From assembly GCF_056746865.1 (NCBI RefSeq), contig NZ_CM163382.1: a DNA stretch of 64,000 nt; one strand, given 5' to 3'. Within the stretch, counting starts at the first letter, position 1. Every line of letters starts with the position of its first letter. The position numbers and the translations under genes are program-made. Below are positions 15,781 to 26,912 of this stretch, piece after piece. The notes beneath the pieces are model-generated. The model saw only the letters and a program-made list of their open reading frames with translations. It had not been told where the DNA came from and did not search any database.

Positions 15781-16017
15781 TTATTTATACAATACTGCTG
15801 TTGCGGTTGAATTATTATCAATTCGCATCGATGTGACTTTCCAGGATGAAGCATTATATTTTCTGGCCATATCAGCAATGGCATCCTCCAGAACTGTCGG
15901 TGATGCTGATACTGACGAGACGCTGATATGTTTCAGAATTATTTTATCATCTGCATTGGTGGAAAATGCCATAACGCCAGATAATAGTGTTGCAAATAAA
16001 ACAGATTTTTTAAACAT
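15781..16017 (-). CDS. rclB: small periplasmic DUF1471 protein RclB, 78 aa
   Basis: Signal peptide plus YdgH/BhsA-like domain; start trimmed to MFKKSV. Confidence 0.75.
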   Translation of the reverse strand: MFKKSVLFATLLSGVMAFSTNADDKIILKHISVSSVSASPTVLEDAIADMARKYNASSWKVTSMRIDNNSTATAVLYK

Positions 16018-16125
16018 ATAAAATACCATCAATGAAGTGATTAAGAAGTTATAGAGTAACAGAGAATTAATAAGATTCTTTTCTCTGAGACGCCAGAATA
16101 TTTGTTCTGGCGTCTGATTTTGAGT

Positions 16126-17451
16126 TTATTTGACTAATGAAAATAGATCATTGAGTGATTCGCTCATCGACGGATGAGTAAATATCTGATCGCGTAATAT
16201 GCTATAAGGCAGCCCGGCATCCATCACCATTTTCACTATATTAATCATCTCGTGGGAGTCAACACACAGCAGTGATGCCCCTAATATACGTTGGGTTTTA
16301 TTATCAACAATCGCTTTTAATACCCCACGGGTATCGTTCATCACTCTGGCGCGCGGAATTGCAGCTACAGGCAATGTCACCACCTGAATATCAGCACCAC
16401 TCTCTCTGGCTTGTTCTTCTGTCATACCAACCCTGGACAGGGGCGGTGTCATAAATACGGAATAAGGCACATTTTTCCGATCATCAGTACTACGTTTGCC
16501 TTCACCCAGTAACTCATCACGTACAATGCGGTAATCATCCAGTGAAATATAAGTAAATTGCAGCCCGCCGGTAACATCTCCCATCGCCCAAATATTGTCT
16601 GCGGTGGTATGTAATCGCTTGTCAACGACAATTGCCCCGCGCTCGTTTACTGCGATACCGGCATTTTCTGGATGTAACGAAGCGGTAGCCGGTTGACGAC
16701 CGGAAGCTATTAACAGTGCATCCACCGCCAGTTGGGCGTGCTCGCTATGCACTTGCACTTGATTTTCATGGTGACTGATTCGCTCCACATGGGCATTGAG
16801 GATAATATCGACGCCCTGATCGCGTAAAATCGTCGCGATATTATCAGCAATATCCCGATCTTCCCGAGGCAAAAACAGCGAAGCTGCTTCTAAAATGGTT
16901 ACCTTGCTGCCAAAATTAGCGAACATAGAGGCGAACTCAACGCCAATATATCCGCCGCCTAAAATACCTAAATGCCCAGGCAATTCTTTTAGATTAAGTA
17001 ATCCGGTGCTGTCATATACTCCTGGCGTGGTGGTAATTCCAGGAATTGGCGGAACCACGGTTTGTGCACCGGTATTAATAAAAATTTTCTCGCCATGAAT
17101 TTCCAGATTTCCCTCAGGCCGATGAACACGCAGGCTATGATTATTGATAAACTCCGCCTGGCCGTCGATCACGTCGATATTGGGCATATCCGCAAGATTA
17201 TGAAAATTCTTATTACGTAAAAAATTAACCACTTCATTTTTACGCTGTATGGCACGGACAAAATCTGTGTGCTGCTGTGCGTCATGAACCAATGTTTTGG
17301 TTGGGATACAGCCGATATTAATACAGGTCCCGCCATACATTGCATTTGATTGTTCGATGAGAGCCACACGCCAACCTGCTTTTGCCAGCGTGACGGCTAA
17401 TGTTTTTCCAGCCTTGCCAAAACCAATAATAACTGCCTGATATTTATTCAT
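16126..17451 (-). CDS. rclA: pyridine nucleotide-disulfide oxidoreductase RclA, 441 aa
   Basis: FAD-binding GFGKAG, redox-active CINIGC motif, dimerization domain; start trimmed to MNKYQAV. Confidence 0.85.
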   Translation of the reverse strand: MNKYQAVIIGFGKAGKTLAVTLAKAGWRVALIEQSNAMYGGTCINIGCIPTKTLVHDAQQHTDFVRAIQRKNEVVNFLRNKNFHNLADMPNIDVIDGQAEFINNHSLRVHRPEGNLEIHGEKIFINTGAQTVVPPIPGITTTPGVYDSTGLLNLKELPGHLGILGGGYIGVEFASMFANFGSKVTILEAASLFLPREDRDIADNIATILRDQGVDIILNAHVERISHHENQVQVHSEHAQLAVDALLIASGRQPATASLHPENAGIAVNERGAIVVDKRLHTTADNIWAMGDVTGGLQFTYISLDDYRIVRDELLGEGKRSTDDRKNVPYSVFMTPPLSRVGMTEEQARESGADIQVVTLPVAAIPRARVMNDTRGVLKAIVDNKTQRILGASLLCVDSHEMINIVKMVMDAGLPYSILRDQIFTHPSMSESLNDLFSLVK

Positions 17452-17677
17452 GATGATTTCCTGTCGAAACGCGTTCATTTGACATCATGACTATAGACGC
17501 AAAAGAGCAAATAACATTTCTTCACAACGCTTGATATTTTGTCTTATCGTCTGGTATTTTCTTTTTCTTAATCAGAATCACAAAACAAAAATCATGATTA
17601 ACTATTTGATGGTATTAGATTAATTATTGACTAAGATAGTTGGTGTTTGTAATCAAAAAACTACTCAGGAGTCTGAT

Positions 17678-18532
17678 ATGGATGCTCTTAGCCGTTTGTT
17701 GATGCTTAACGCTCCACAAGGAACGATCGATAAGAATTGCGTGTTAGGAAGTGACTGGCAACTTCCACATGGTGCCGGGGAATTGTCGGTTATTCGTTGG
17801 CATGCGTTAACGCAAGGAGCGGCGAAGCTGGAAATGCCGACGGGAGAGATTTTTACATTACGCCCGGGAAATGTGGTCCTGCTACCACAAAATTCAGCTC
17901 ATCGCCTGAGCCATGTCGATAATGAATCGACCTGTATTGTCTGTGGCACTCTTCGGCTGCAACATTCGGCGCGTTATTTTTTAACGTCTTTGCCGGAAAC
18001 GCTGTTTGTAGCACCAGTGAACCATAGCGTGGAATATAACTGGCTGAGGGAGGCGATCCCGTTTTTACAACAGGAATCCAGATCGGCAATGCCGGGAGTG
18101 GATGCTCTGTGTAGCCAGATCTGCGCTACATTCTTTACCCTCGCGGTGCGTGAGTGGATTGCACAGGTTAATACAGAGAAAAACATTCTCAGTTTGCTTC
18201 TGCATCCACGTCTTGGTGCGGTAATACAGCAAATGCTGGAAATGCCAGGACACGCCTGGACCGTCGAATCGCTGGCCAGCATCGCCCACATGTCCCGGGC
18301 AAGTTTTGCCCAGCTTTTCCGTGATGTTTCCGGAACCACGCCGCTAGCTGTATTAACAAAGTTGCGTCTACAAATAGCGGCCCAGATGTTTTCCCGGGAA
18401 ATGCTCCCTGTTGTGGTGATCGCTGAGTCAGTAGGCTATGCCAGTGAATCATCTTTTCACAAGGCGTTTGTCCGCGAGTTTGGTTGTACTCCGGGAGAAT
18501 ATCGGGAAAGGGTCAGACAGCTTGCACCCTGA
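17678..18532 (+). CDS. rclR: AraC-family reactive-chlorine-responsive regulator RclR, 284 aa
   Basis: C-terminal AraC HTH; divergent from rclABC; start trimmed to MDALSRLL. Confidence 0.8.
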   Translation: MDALSRLLMLNAPQGTIDKNCVLGSDWQLPHGAGELSVIRWHALTQGAAKLEMPTGEIFTLRPGNVVLLPQNSAHRLSHVDNESTCIVCGTLRLQHSARYFLTSLPETLFVAPVNHSVEYNWLREAIPFLQQESRSAMPGVDALCSQICATFFTLAVREWIAQVNTEKNILSLLLHPRLGAVIQQMLEMPGHAWTVESLASIAHMSRASFAQLFRDVSGTTPLAVLTKLRLQIAAQMFSREMLPVVVIAESVGYASESSFHKAFVREFGCTPGEYRERVRQLAP

Positions 18533-19059
18533 ATAAAACCGCCAGCAATCGGAGCAAAGATAATCCGCATTCCGGGAGTTGTGAGCCTTTCAACTATTTC
18601 TATTTCCAACGGTGGTTTGGGCTTTATATATTTTTTTCTGATGGACTCTAGCTCAGTTTTTAAATAAAAATGCAAACTAAATTGCTTCAATTAAATAAAG
18701 TGCCGATTATTACTTGATACGTAATTATTGTTGGTGATTTTGTTTGTACACCATCAGTGTATATCTCAATAACCCCTGAATAAGTAGCACTGAATAGGTA
18801 TAAGGGATGTAGCCTTTTTAAATGGATTTCTTATGCTAAAAATGATCGTCGATTTCCCTATAAAATGTGAGCGATGCCGAAAGAAATAAAATTAGTTATT
18901 GCATTTGAAGTTTAGATGAAAGATTATCATTTGTCATACAAATGAGGGGTGGTATGTTACTAGCCAATTAAAAAAGAACGCCATATTTATTGATGATTGA
19001 TCCCCCGGAAGGGGGGAACCATCGGGCATAAATGGGTATGAAGTAATGGAGTATTAGTT

Positions 19060-19779
19060 GTGAATGTCAATTTCTTTGTCACCTGTATTGGTGACGCCCT
19101 GAAATCAAGAATGGCACGAGACTCCGTGCTGCTACTGGAAAAACTCGGCTGTCGCGTAAATTTCCCGGAGAAACAGGGATGCTGCGGTCAGCCTGCGATC
19201 AATAGCGGTTATATCAAAGAAGCGATTCCAGGGATGAAAAATCTGATCGCCGCACTGGAGGATAACGACGATCCCATTATTTCACCGGCTGGCTCTTGCA
19301 CCTATGCCGTAAAAAGTTACCCGACGTATCTGGCGGATGAACCTGAATGGGCATCACGTGCCGAAAAGGTTGCCGCGCGTATGCAGGATCTCACCTCTTT
19401 TATTGTTAATACATTAGGGGTAGTCGATGTAGGTGCCAGTTTGCAAGGGAGAGCGGTGTATCACCCATCTTGTAGCCTGGCCCGTAAGCTGGGGGTGAAG
19501 GACGAACCACTTACGCTGCTGAAAAATGTGCGTGGACTGGAGCTGTTGACCTTTGCTGAACAGGATACCTGCTGCGGATTTGGCGGCACGTTCTCGGTCA
19601 AAATGGCCGAAATATCCGGCGAGATGGTGAAAGAAAAGGTTGCGCACCTGATGGAAGTCCGCCCTGAGTATTTAATTGGTGCTGACGTGAGTTGCCTGCT
19701 GAACATCAGTGGGCGATTACAACGGGAAGGGCAGAAAGTCAAAGTAATGCATATTGCTGAAGTGCTGATGAGCCGCTGA
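19060..19779 (+). CDS. ykgE: cysteine-rich Fe-S oxidoreductase subunit (LutA-like), 239 aa, GTG start
   Basis: CCG-type cysteine motifs (CCGQP, CCGFGG); first gene of a three-gene unit. Confidence 0.8.
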   Translation: MNVNFFVTCIGDALKSRMARDSVLLLEKLGCRVNFPEKQGCCGQPAINSGYIKEAIPGMKNLIAALEDNDDPIISPAGSCTYAVKSYPTYLADEPEWASRAEKVAARMQDLTSFIVNTLGVVDVGASLQGRAVYHPSCSLARKLGVKDEPLTLLKNVRGLELLTFAEQDTCCGFGGTFSVKMAEISGEMVKEKVAHLMEVRPEYLIGADVSCLLNISGRLQREGQKVKVMHIAEVLMSR

Positions 19780-19789
19780 GGATATAAAG

Positions 19790-21217
19790 ATGTCGATCAA
19801 AACCAGTAATACAGATTTTAAGACACGCATCCGTCAGCAAATTGAAGATCCTATCATGCGCAAAGCGGTGGCAAACGCGCAGCAGCGTATTGGGGCAAAT
19901 CGGCAAAAAATGGTCGATGAATTGGGGCACTGGGAGGAGTGGCGCGATCGGGCCGCCCAGATACGTGATCATGTTCTGAGTAATCTCGACGCTTATCTGT
20001 ACCAGCTCTCAGAAAAAGTGACACAAAACGGCGGTCACGTCTATTTTGCAAAAACCAAAGAAGACGCCACCCGCTATATTTTACAGGTTGCCCAACGCAA
20101 AAATGCCCGGAAGGTGGTGAAATCTAAATCGATGGTGACCGAAGAGATTGGTGTCAATCATGTGTTGCAGGATGCTGGCATTCAGGTGATTGAAACCGAT
20201 CTGGGTGAATACATTCTCCAGCTGGATCAAGATCCGCCCTCTCATGTTGTGGTCCCGGCAATTCATAAAGATCGCCATCAGATCCGTCGAGTGCTACACG
20301 AACGTCTGGGCTATGAGGGGCCGGAAACGCCTGAAGCAATGACCTTATTCATTCGGCAAAAAATCCGCGAAGATTTCCTCAGTGCTGAAATAGGTATTAC
20401 CGGCTGTAATTTCGCGGTGGCAGAGACCGGTTCGGTATGCCTGGTGACCAATGAAGGTAATGCGCGAATGTGTACCACGCTGCCTAAAACGCATATTGCA
20501 GTGATGGGAATGGAGCGTATTGCCCCCACGTTTGCCGAGGTAGATGTATTGATCACCATGCTGGCGCGCAGTGCCGTTGGTGCACGTTTGACGGGATACA
20601 ACACCTGGCTGACAGGACCGCGCGAAGCGGGGCACGTTGATGGTCCTGAAGAGTTTCATCTGGTTATTGTCGATAACGGGCGTTCTGAGGTGCTGGCCTC
20701 TGAATTTCGGGATGTGCTGCGCTGTATTCGCTGCGGGGCTTGTATGAATACTTGTCCGGCATATCGCCATATTGGCGGTCATGGATATGGCTCTATTTAT
20801 CCAGGGCCAATTGGTGCGGTGATTTCTCCGCTACTTGGCGGCTATAAAGATTTTAAAGATTTACCCTACGCCTGCTCTTTATGCACTGCTTGTGACAGCG
20901 TGTGTCCGGTGCGTATTCCGCTGTCAAAACTGATTTTGCGTCATCGTCGGGTGATGGCTGAAAAAGGGATCACCGCAAAAGCAGAGCAACGGGCGATAAA
21001 AATGTTCGCTTATGCCAATAGTCATCCAGGATTGTGGAAAGTCGGGATGATGGCCGGCGCTCATGCGGCAAGCTGGTTTATCAATGGCGGCAAAACACCA
21101 CTCAAATTTGGCGCGATTAGCGACTGGATGGAAGCACGCGATCTTCCTGAAGCTGACGGAGAGAGTTTCCGTAGTTGGTTTAAGAAACATCAGGCGCAGG
21201 AGAAAAAGAATGGATAA
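19790..21217 (+). CDS. ykgF: 4Fe-4S ferredoxin-domain lactate-utilization protein (LutB-like), 475 aa
   Basis: CIRCGACMNTCPAY and CSLCTACDSVCP ferredoxin motifs; DUF162 region. Confidence 0.8.
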   Translation: MSIKTSNTDFKTRIRQQIEDPIMRKAVANAQQRIGANRQKMVDELGHWEEWRDRAAQIRDHVLSNLDAYLYQLSEKVTQNGGHVYFAKTKEDATRYILQVAQRKNARKVVKSKSMVTEEIGVNHVLQDAGIQVIETDLGEYILQLDQDPPSHVVVPAIHKDRHQIRRVLHERLGYEGPETPEAMTLFIRQKIREDFLSAEIGITGCNFAVAETGSVCLVTNEGNARMCTTLPKTHIAVMGMERIAPTFAEVDVLITMLARSAVGARLTGYNTWLTGPREAGHVDGPEEFHLVIVDNGRSEVLASEFRDVLRCIRCGACMNTCPAYRHIGGHGYGSIYPGPIGAVISPLLGGYKDFKDLPYACSLCTACDSVCPVRIPLSKLILRHRRVMAEKGITAKAEQRAIKMFAYANSHPGLWKVGMMAGAHAASWFINGGKTPLKFGAISDWMEARDLPEADGESFRSWFKKHQAQEKKNG

Positions 21218-21905
21218 TCGGAGCGAATTTTTGAATAACGTTGCTCAGGCACTGGGTCGCCCGTTGCGACTTGAACCGCAAGCAGAAGATGCGCCGCTTA
21301 ACAACTATGCTAACGAGCGGCTTACCCAACTTAACCAACAGCAGCGCTGTGACGCGTTTATTCAGTTTGCCAGCGATGTTATGTTGACGCGCTGTGAGCT
21401 GACCAGCGAGGCGAAGGCGGCAGAAGCTGCAATACGTCTGTGTAAAGAGCTGGGAGATCAGTCGGTCGTGATTAGCGGTGACACGAGGCTGGAGGAATTG
21501 GGGATTAGCGAACGTTTGCAGCAGGAATGCAATGCCGTTGTTTGGGATCCGGCGAAAGGTGCCGAGAATATCTCGCAGGCAGAGCAGGCTAAAGTGGGTG
21601 TCGTGTATGCTGAATATGGTTTAACCGAATCGGGAGGCGTGGTTCTTTTTTCCGCCGCCGAGCGCGGGCGTTCATTGAGCCTGCTCCCGGAATCTTCTCT
21701 TTTTATCCTGCGTAAAAGCACAATCCTGCCGCGTATAGCGCAACTTGCAGAAAAATTGCATCAGAAAGCGCAGGCCGGTGAACGAATGCCGTCATGTATT
21801 AACATCATCAGTGGTCCCAGTTCAACGGCGGACATTGAGCTTATCAAAGTCGTCGGGGTTCATGGTCCGGTGAAAGCGGTGTATCTGATTATTGAGGATT
21901 GCTGA
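21210..21905 (+). CDS. ykgG: LutC-like protein (DUF162), 231 aa
   Basis: Start MDNRSEF overlaps the ykgF stop by 8 nt (translational coupling); track ORF 21063..21905 trimmed. Confidence 0.75.
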   Translation: MDNRSEFLNNVAQALGRPLRLEPQAEDAPLNNYANERLTQLNQQQRCDAFIQFASDVMLTRCELTSEAKAAEAAIRLCKELGDQSVVISGDTRLEELGISERLQQECNAVVWDPAKGAENISQAEQAKVGVVYAEYGLTESGGVVLFSAAERGRSLSLLPESSLFILRKSTILPRIAQLAEKLHQKAQAGERMPSCINIISGPSSTADIELIKVVGVHGPVKAVYLIIEDC

Positions 21906-22011
21906 GAGTGATATGAAGTCTGGACATAAACCTGAAGTCGGCATACGAGGTTGTGAATAGCGTTAAGGACAACCTGACTTAACCCCGTTCCGTCATGGTT
22001 ATGCTGCTCTT

Positions 22012-22052
22012 CTGTAAATATCCTGGCATTAGTAATGCCAGGATATTTACAG
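22012..22052. terminator. 41-bp perfect palindrome (20-bp arms, single central base) between convergent ykgG and ykgH; probable bidirectional terminator
   Basis: ctgtaaatatcctggcatta-g-taatgccaggatatttacag read directly. Confidence 0.5.
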
Positions 22053-22147
22053 TGAAAAAGACAGGAATCCATTCCTGAAGACGGGCTCCCTTCCCGGTCA
22101 TTGTCACTATAGTTTTATACAGGCACTCTCTGTCAGAATGCTGTTTA

Positions 22148-22816
22148 TTACTGCCCAGAGTTTTGTTGGTATTCATCTACCATTTTTTTGACAAGGCAAA
22201 ACATTACAGAAATTACAATGCTTATAAAAAATCCCAGAGCCAGGCAAATGGCAGCAGGGTATTTATTTTTTATTTCTGGTGAGCTTATAGTTACACAGCC
22301 ATCACCGTTCGGATACAATGACCAGTTCCTGGTCAGGTATATCATTTTTGTATAAAGCTCACTGTTAATTGCTGAAGGTGTTTGTATCTCATCGAGAACT
22401 TGCCTGCCATTATGATATTCTGACGCATACCATTTGATAATAGACGCCTGCACGCGAGATATTTCCGCTTCAGCAGTTGGTAAATCTCTCTTATCTCCTG
22501 ACCATTCCAGCTTTATTTCTCTGTTCTTGACATCTGGGCTGGTCTGAAAAAATGTAGTAATTCGCTGAATAACATCTTCAGTCATTGTGGTCTGACAGGC
22601 AAAGTTATTATTGCTATCACAGCTAACAAGTATGCCTGGTGTTGTCTGGTTTATTTTTAGGCTGTAACTCACTTTTATATTATCTTTATTGATATACAGA
22701 AACAACAGCACCATTGCCATACAGATAGTTATAATAAAAAGGATAATACGAATCTTTTTCTTCAGATAAAATAAAATCTCAATCAGATCGATATCCTGTT
22801 TGATTTGTTCACTCAT
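22148..22816 (-). CDS. ykgH: predicted membrane protein, 222 aa
   Basis: ORF with N-terminal transmembrane segment and a second near the C-terminus; position between ykgG and betA. Confidence 0.7.
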   Translation of the reverse strand: MSEQIKQDIDLIEILFYLKKKIRIILFIITICMAMVLLFLYINKDNIKVSYSLKINQTTPGILVSCDSNNNFACQTTMTEDVIQRITTFFQTSPDVKNREIKLEWSGDKRDLPTAEAEISRVQASIIKWYASEYHNGRQVLDEIQTPSAINSELYTKMIYLTRNWSLYPNGDGCVTISSPEIKNKYPAAICLALGFFISIVISVMFCLVKKMVDEYQQNSGQ

Positions 22817-23026
22817 AATATATCCAGAAAATAAAATCTGCCGCAGATAAATGAATTAATAGGCTGTATCAGGAGTGTTCGGGTTAAATATCAGCAAAAA
22901 ACCAGCATCATGAATACTGGATATGAAGCATGAGAGTTACCTCAGTGTTTTATATAAGGATTCGGTCCTCATAGTAGAACGGTAACTCTCAATCTGATAG
23001 GTTCCTGAGTCAGTTCACATCACGAC

Positions 23027-24697
23027 TCATTTTTTCGCTCTCACCGGCCTCCCATTTGCCACATAATATCCCGCCGTGCTCCTCGGCAACGCATCCTTCC
23101 CGCGAATCATATCCGCCATTTTCTCGCCAATCATAATAGTCGTGGCGTTCAAATTGCCGGTGATAATCTGCGGCATAATTGACGCATCCACCACGCGCAG
23201 GCCTTCCAGCCCGTGTACGCGGCCTTCGCCGTCAACCACTGCCATCTCGTCATAACCCATTTTGCAGGTACCGCACGGGTGGAAGGCGGTTTCGGCGTGG
23301 TTACGCACGAACTCATCGAGCTGCTCATCCGTCTGGCATTCGACACCGGGGCTGATTTCGCGGCCACGATACTGATCCAGCGCCGGTTGATGCATGATCT
23401 CGCGGGTGATGCGAATTGCGTCGCGGAACTCCTGCCAGTCCTGCTCGTGCGACATGTAGTTAAACAGAATCGCTGGATGCTGGTGCGGGTCGCGGGATTT
23501 AATCCGCACATGCCCACGGCTTGGCGAGCGCATCGATCCGACGTGGCACTGGAAGCCGTGCTCTTTCACTGCGTTCGAGCCGTTATAGTTAATCGCCACT
23601 GGCAGGAAATGGTACTGAATATTCGGCCACGCAAATTCCTCACGGCTGCGAATAAATCCGCCTGCTTCAAAGTGGTTGCTGGCACCAACGCCGGTGCCGC
23701 CAAACAGCCACTCCGCACCGATTTTCGGCTGATTCCACCACTGCAGGGCAGGGTAGAGGGAAACCGGTTCTTTGCACTCATATTGCAGGTACATCTCCAG
23801 GTGATCCTGAAGATTTTCGCCGACGCCGGGTAAATCATGCACCAGCGGAATATCAAACTCCGCCAGCAGTTCAGCGCTACCCACGCCGGAACGTTGCAGG
23901 ATCTGCGGAGAGGCGATCGCACCTGCACATAACAGCACCTCTTTATTCGCTGTCGCGCGGGTTGGAATGGTGCTGTCGCCTTCCAGCCACTCGACGCCCA
24001 CCGCGCGTTTGCCGTCAAAAATGATGTGATCGGTCATGGCGTGAGTACGAATGGTCAGGTTAGGGCGCGATTTGGCCTGATCGAGATAGCCACGCGCGGT
24101 GCTGGCGCGACGGCCATGCGGCGTGACGGTGCGATCCATCGGGCCAAAACCTTCCTGCTGATAGCCGTTGAGATCGTCCGTGCGCGGGTAGCCTGCCTGC
24201 ACGCCCGCTTCAATCATCGCTTCAAACAGCGGATTGACGCCGGGTTTGGAGGTAGTGACGCTCACCGGGCCATCGCCACCGTGGTAGTCGTTCTCGCCTA
24301 CATCGCGAGTCTCGGCCTTGCGGTAGTAGGGCAGGCAGTCGAGATAACTCCAGTTCTCCAGACCGGGTTCTTGCGCCCAGTTATCGAGATCCAGCGCGTT
24401 ACCACGGATGTAACACATGCCGTTGATCAGTGATGACCCGCCAAGCCCCTTACCGCGTCCGCACTCCATGCGACGGTTGTTCATAAACGGTTCCGGTTCC
24501 GTCTCATAGGCCCAGTTATAGCGTTTACCCTGTAGCGGGAATGCCAGCGCGGCGGGCATCTGGGTGCGGAAGTCAAAGCGATAGTCCGGGCCGCCTGCTT
24601 CAAGCAGCAGCACGGTTGTGTTCGGATCTTCAGTCAGACGGGTAGCGAGAACGTTGCCGGCTGAGCCGGCACCAATAATGATGTAGTCAAATTGCAA
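23027..24697 (-). CDS. betA: choline dehydrogenase (GMC oxidoreductase), 556 aa, probable TTG start
   Basis: FAD-binding [13 protein letters not shown] and GMC signatures; track ORF 23027..24742 extends upstream into betB, so the start was trimmed to the TTG preceding QFDYIII. Confidence 0.9.
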   Translation of the reverse strand: MQFDYIIIGAGSAGNVLATRLTEDPNTTVLLLEAGGPDYRFDFRTQMPAALAFPLQGKRYNWAYETEPEPFMNNRRMECGRGKGLGGSSLINGMCYIRGNALDLDNWAQEPGLENWSYLDCLPYYRKAETRDVGENDYHGGDGPVSVTTSKPGVNPLFEAMIEAGVQAGYPRTDDLNGYQQEGFGPMDRTVTPHGRRASTARGYLDQAKSRPNLTIRTHAMTDHIIFDGKRAVGVEWLEGDSTIPTRATANKEVLLCAGAIASPQILQRSGVGSAELLAEFDIPLVHDLPGVGENLQDHLEMYLQYECKEPVSLYPALQWWNQPKIGAEWLFGGTGVGASNHFEAGGFIRSREEFAWPNIQYHFLPVAINYNGSNAVKEHGFQCHVGSMRSPSRGHVRIKSRDPHQHPAILFNYMSHEQDWQEFRDAIRITREIMHQPALDQYRGREISPGVECQTDEQLDEFVRNHAETAFHPCGTCKMGYDEMAVVDGEGRVHGLEGLRVVDASIMPQIITGNLNATTIMIGEKMADMIRGKDALPRSTAGYYVANGRPVRAKK

Positions 24698-24710
24698 ATA
24701 AACCTCCTGG

Positions 24711-26183
24711 TTAGAATATGGACTGGAATTTAGCCATCTCAACCTGGATGGACTTCACCTGGGTGTAACTCTGGAGCGTCATCACGCCGTTCTCGCGACC
24801 AATGCCGGAGTGTTTGTAGCCGCCAACGGGCATCTCAGCAGGGGATTCGCCCCAGGTGTTGATCCAGCAAATACCCGCTTCCAGCTGATGAATGACGCGA
24901 TGCGCGCGGTTCAGGTCCGCCGTCACGATGCCCGCCGCTAGGCCGTAGTCGGTATCATTGGCGCGGCGAATCACTTCGTCCTCAGATTCATAAGTGAGAA
25001 GCGACATCACCGGACCGAAGATCTCTTCGCGCACGATGGTCATTTCGTCGCGGCAATCGGTGAACACGGTCGGTGCAACCCATGCGCCGTTATCGAAGCC
25101 ATCGCCTTTCAGTACATCGCCGCCGCACAGTACGCGCGCGCCTTCCTCTTTGCCTTTGGCGATGTAACGCAGCACGTTATCGCGATGCGGGAAGCTGACC
25201 AGCGGGCCAAAGTTAGTTTGCGGATCGAAAACGTCGCCCGCGCGAATGCGCTCAACGCGCGCCAGAATCTTTTGTTCAAATGCGGCTTTGCATTTCGCCG
25301 GAACGAAGACGCGGGTGCCGTTGGTACACACCTGACCGGAGCTGAAGAAGTTCGCCATCATGGCGATATCAGCGGCGAGATCGAGATCTGCATCGTCGAA
25401 AACGATCAGCGGCGATTTACCGCCCAGTTCCATGGTCACTTCTTTCAGGGAGGAAGCTGCCGAGTTAGCCATCACTTTTTTGCCGCTGGCGACACCGCCG
25501 GTAAATGACACTTTGGCAATGCCCGGATGATCGGTCAGATATTGCCCGGTCTCCGCGCCCACGCCCGGCAACACGTTAAATACACCGTCCGGCAGGCCCG
25601 CTTCGCTGTAAATTTCAGCCAGCTTTAACGCGGTAAGCGGGGTGACTTCGCTCGGTTTGAAGATCATTGCATTGCCTGCCGCCAGCGCCGGGGCGGATTT
25701 CCACAGGGCAATCTGGATCGGGTAGTTCCATGCGCCAATCCCTGCCACTACGCCCAGCGGTTCGCGGCGGGTATAGACAAATGACGTCTCACGCAATGGG
25801 ATCTGGCTGCCTTCCAGCGACGGGATCAGCCCGGCGTAGTACTCGAGCACGTCCGCGCCGGTAACGATATCGACGGTTGAGGTTTCCGAATACGCTTTTC
25901 CGGTGTCGAGGGTTTCCAGTTTTGCGAGTTCGTTATTGCGTTCACGCAGAATATCAACGGCCCGACGCAGAATACGCGAGCGTTCCATAGCGGTCATCGC
26001 CGCCCAGATTTTTTGCCCCTGTTGGGCACTCTTCACGGCGCGATCGACATCCTCACGCCCGGCGGCCTGCACGGTCGCCAGCACGTTACCGTTGGCCGGG
26101 TTAATGGTCTCGAAGGTGCGACCGCTGGTGGCGGAGGTATAACCACCATGTATATAAAGCTGCTGTTCTGCCATTCGGGACAT
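24711..26183 (-). CDS. betB: betaine-aldehyde dehydrogenase, 490 aa
   Basis: Aldehyde dehydrogenase motifs (ELGGKSP, catalytic-Cys region); start at MSRMAEQQ. Confidence 0.9.
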
Positions 26184-26196
26184 CACGTCTCCTCGG

Positions 26197-26784
26197 TTAA
26201 TCGGTGGGTAAATGCTGAGTAATAAAGTGACGGGTCAGCGAGTGTGCGAGAGGTTTATCCAGCGGTTTGCCGCTCAGTGCCGCGCGCAGCCATAATCCGT
26301 CAATCAGCGCGGCAAGGCCGTAGCCCGCTTCCTGTGCCTGTTGGCGCGGTAACTCGCGGTGAAATTCGCTCACCAGATTCGACAACAAGCGGCGGCTGCT
26401 CACCTGCTGCAAACGGTAAAGCATTGGCTGATGCATACTGCTGGCCCAAAACGCCAACCAGGCTTTCATCGCAGCATTACTGACCTGCGTTTCATCGAAA
26501 TTCCCGTCAACAATCGCCTGTAATCGCTGCTCTGCACTGCCCTGCGGAAGTGCATGTAATCGATTCAAAACCGCGTCACGCAGCTGACTGGTGATATCGC
26601 GCATGGTTGCTTCCAGCAGACCATTTTTGTCCCTGAAATAGTGGCTGATGATCCCCGTAGAAACGCCTGCACGGCGGGCGATCTGCGCGATCGTTGCATC
26701 GTGCATGCCCACTTCATTTATTGCTTCCAGCGTGGCGTCGATCAGTTGTCTGCGCCGGATCGACTGCATCCCCAATTTGGGCAT
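26197..26784 (-). CDS. betI: TetR-family choline-responsive repressor, 195 aa
   Basis: TetR HTH ([21 protein letters not shown]); start trimmed to MPKLGMQS. Confidence 0.9.
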
Positions 26785-26912
26785 TTTCGCCACTCCATTC
26801 ATCAGCGTTGTTTATCTATTAAAGCGGTTATTGATTGGACGTTCAATATAAAATGTGTCTTAATTGTTACGAATTTGATTTTAAATGGTAACAATAACAG
26901 TGGGGATACTGG
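26785..26912. promoter_or_regulatory. divergent betIBA / betT promoter-operator region
   Basis: 128-bp AT-rich spacer between divergently transcribed betI and betT; the regulatory role is from established knowledge of the bet locus, individual sites not mapped here. Confidence 0.5.

Noticed and set aside
23213-24433. Plus-strand ORFs (206 aa, 135 aa) inside betA
   Set aside because: Antisense to the strongly supported betA; no motifs; typical shadow ORFs.
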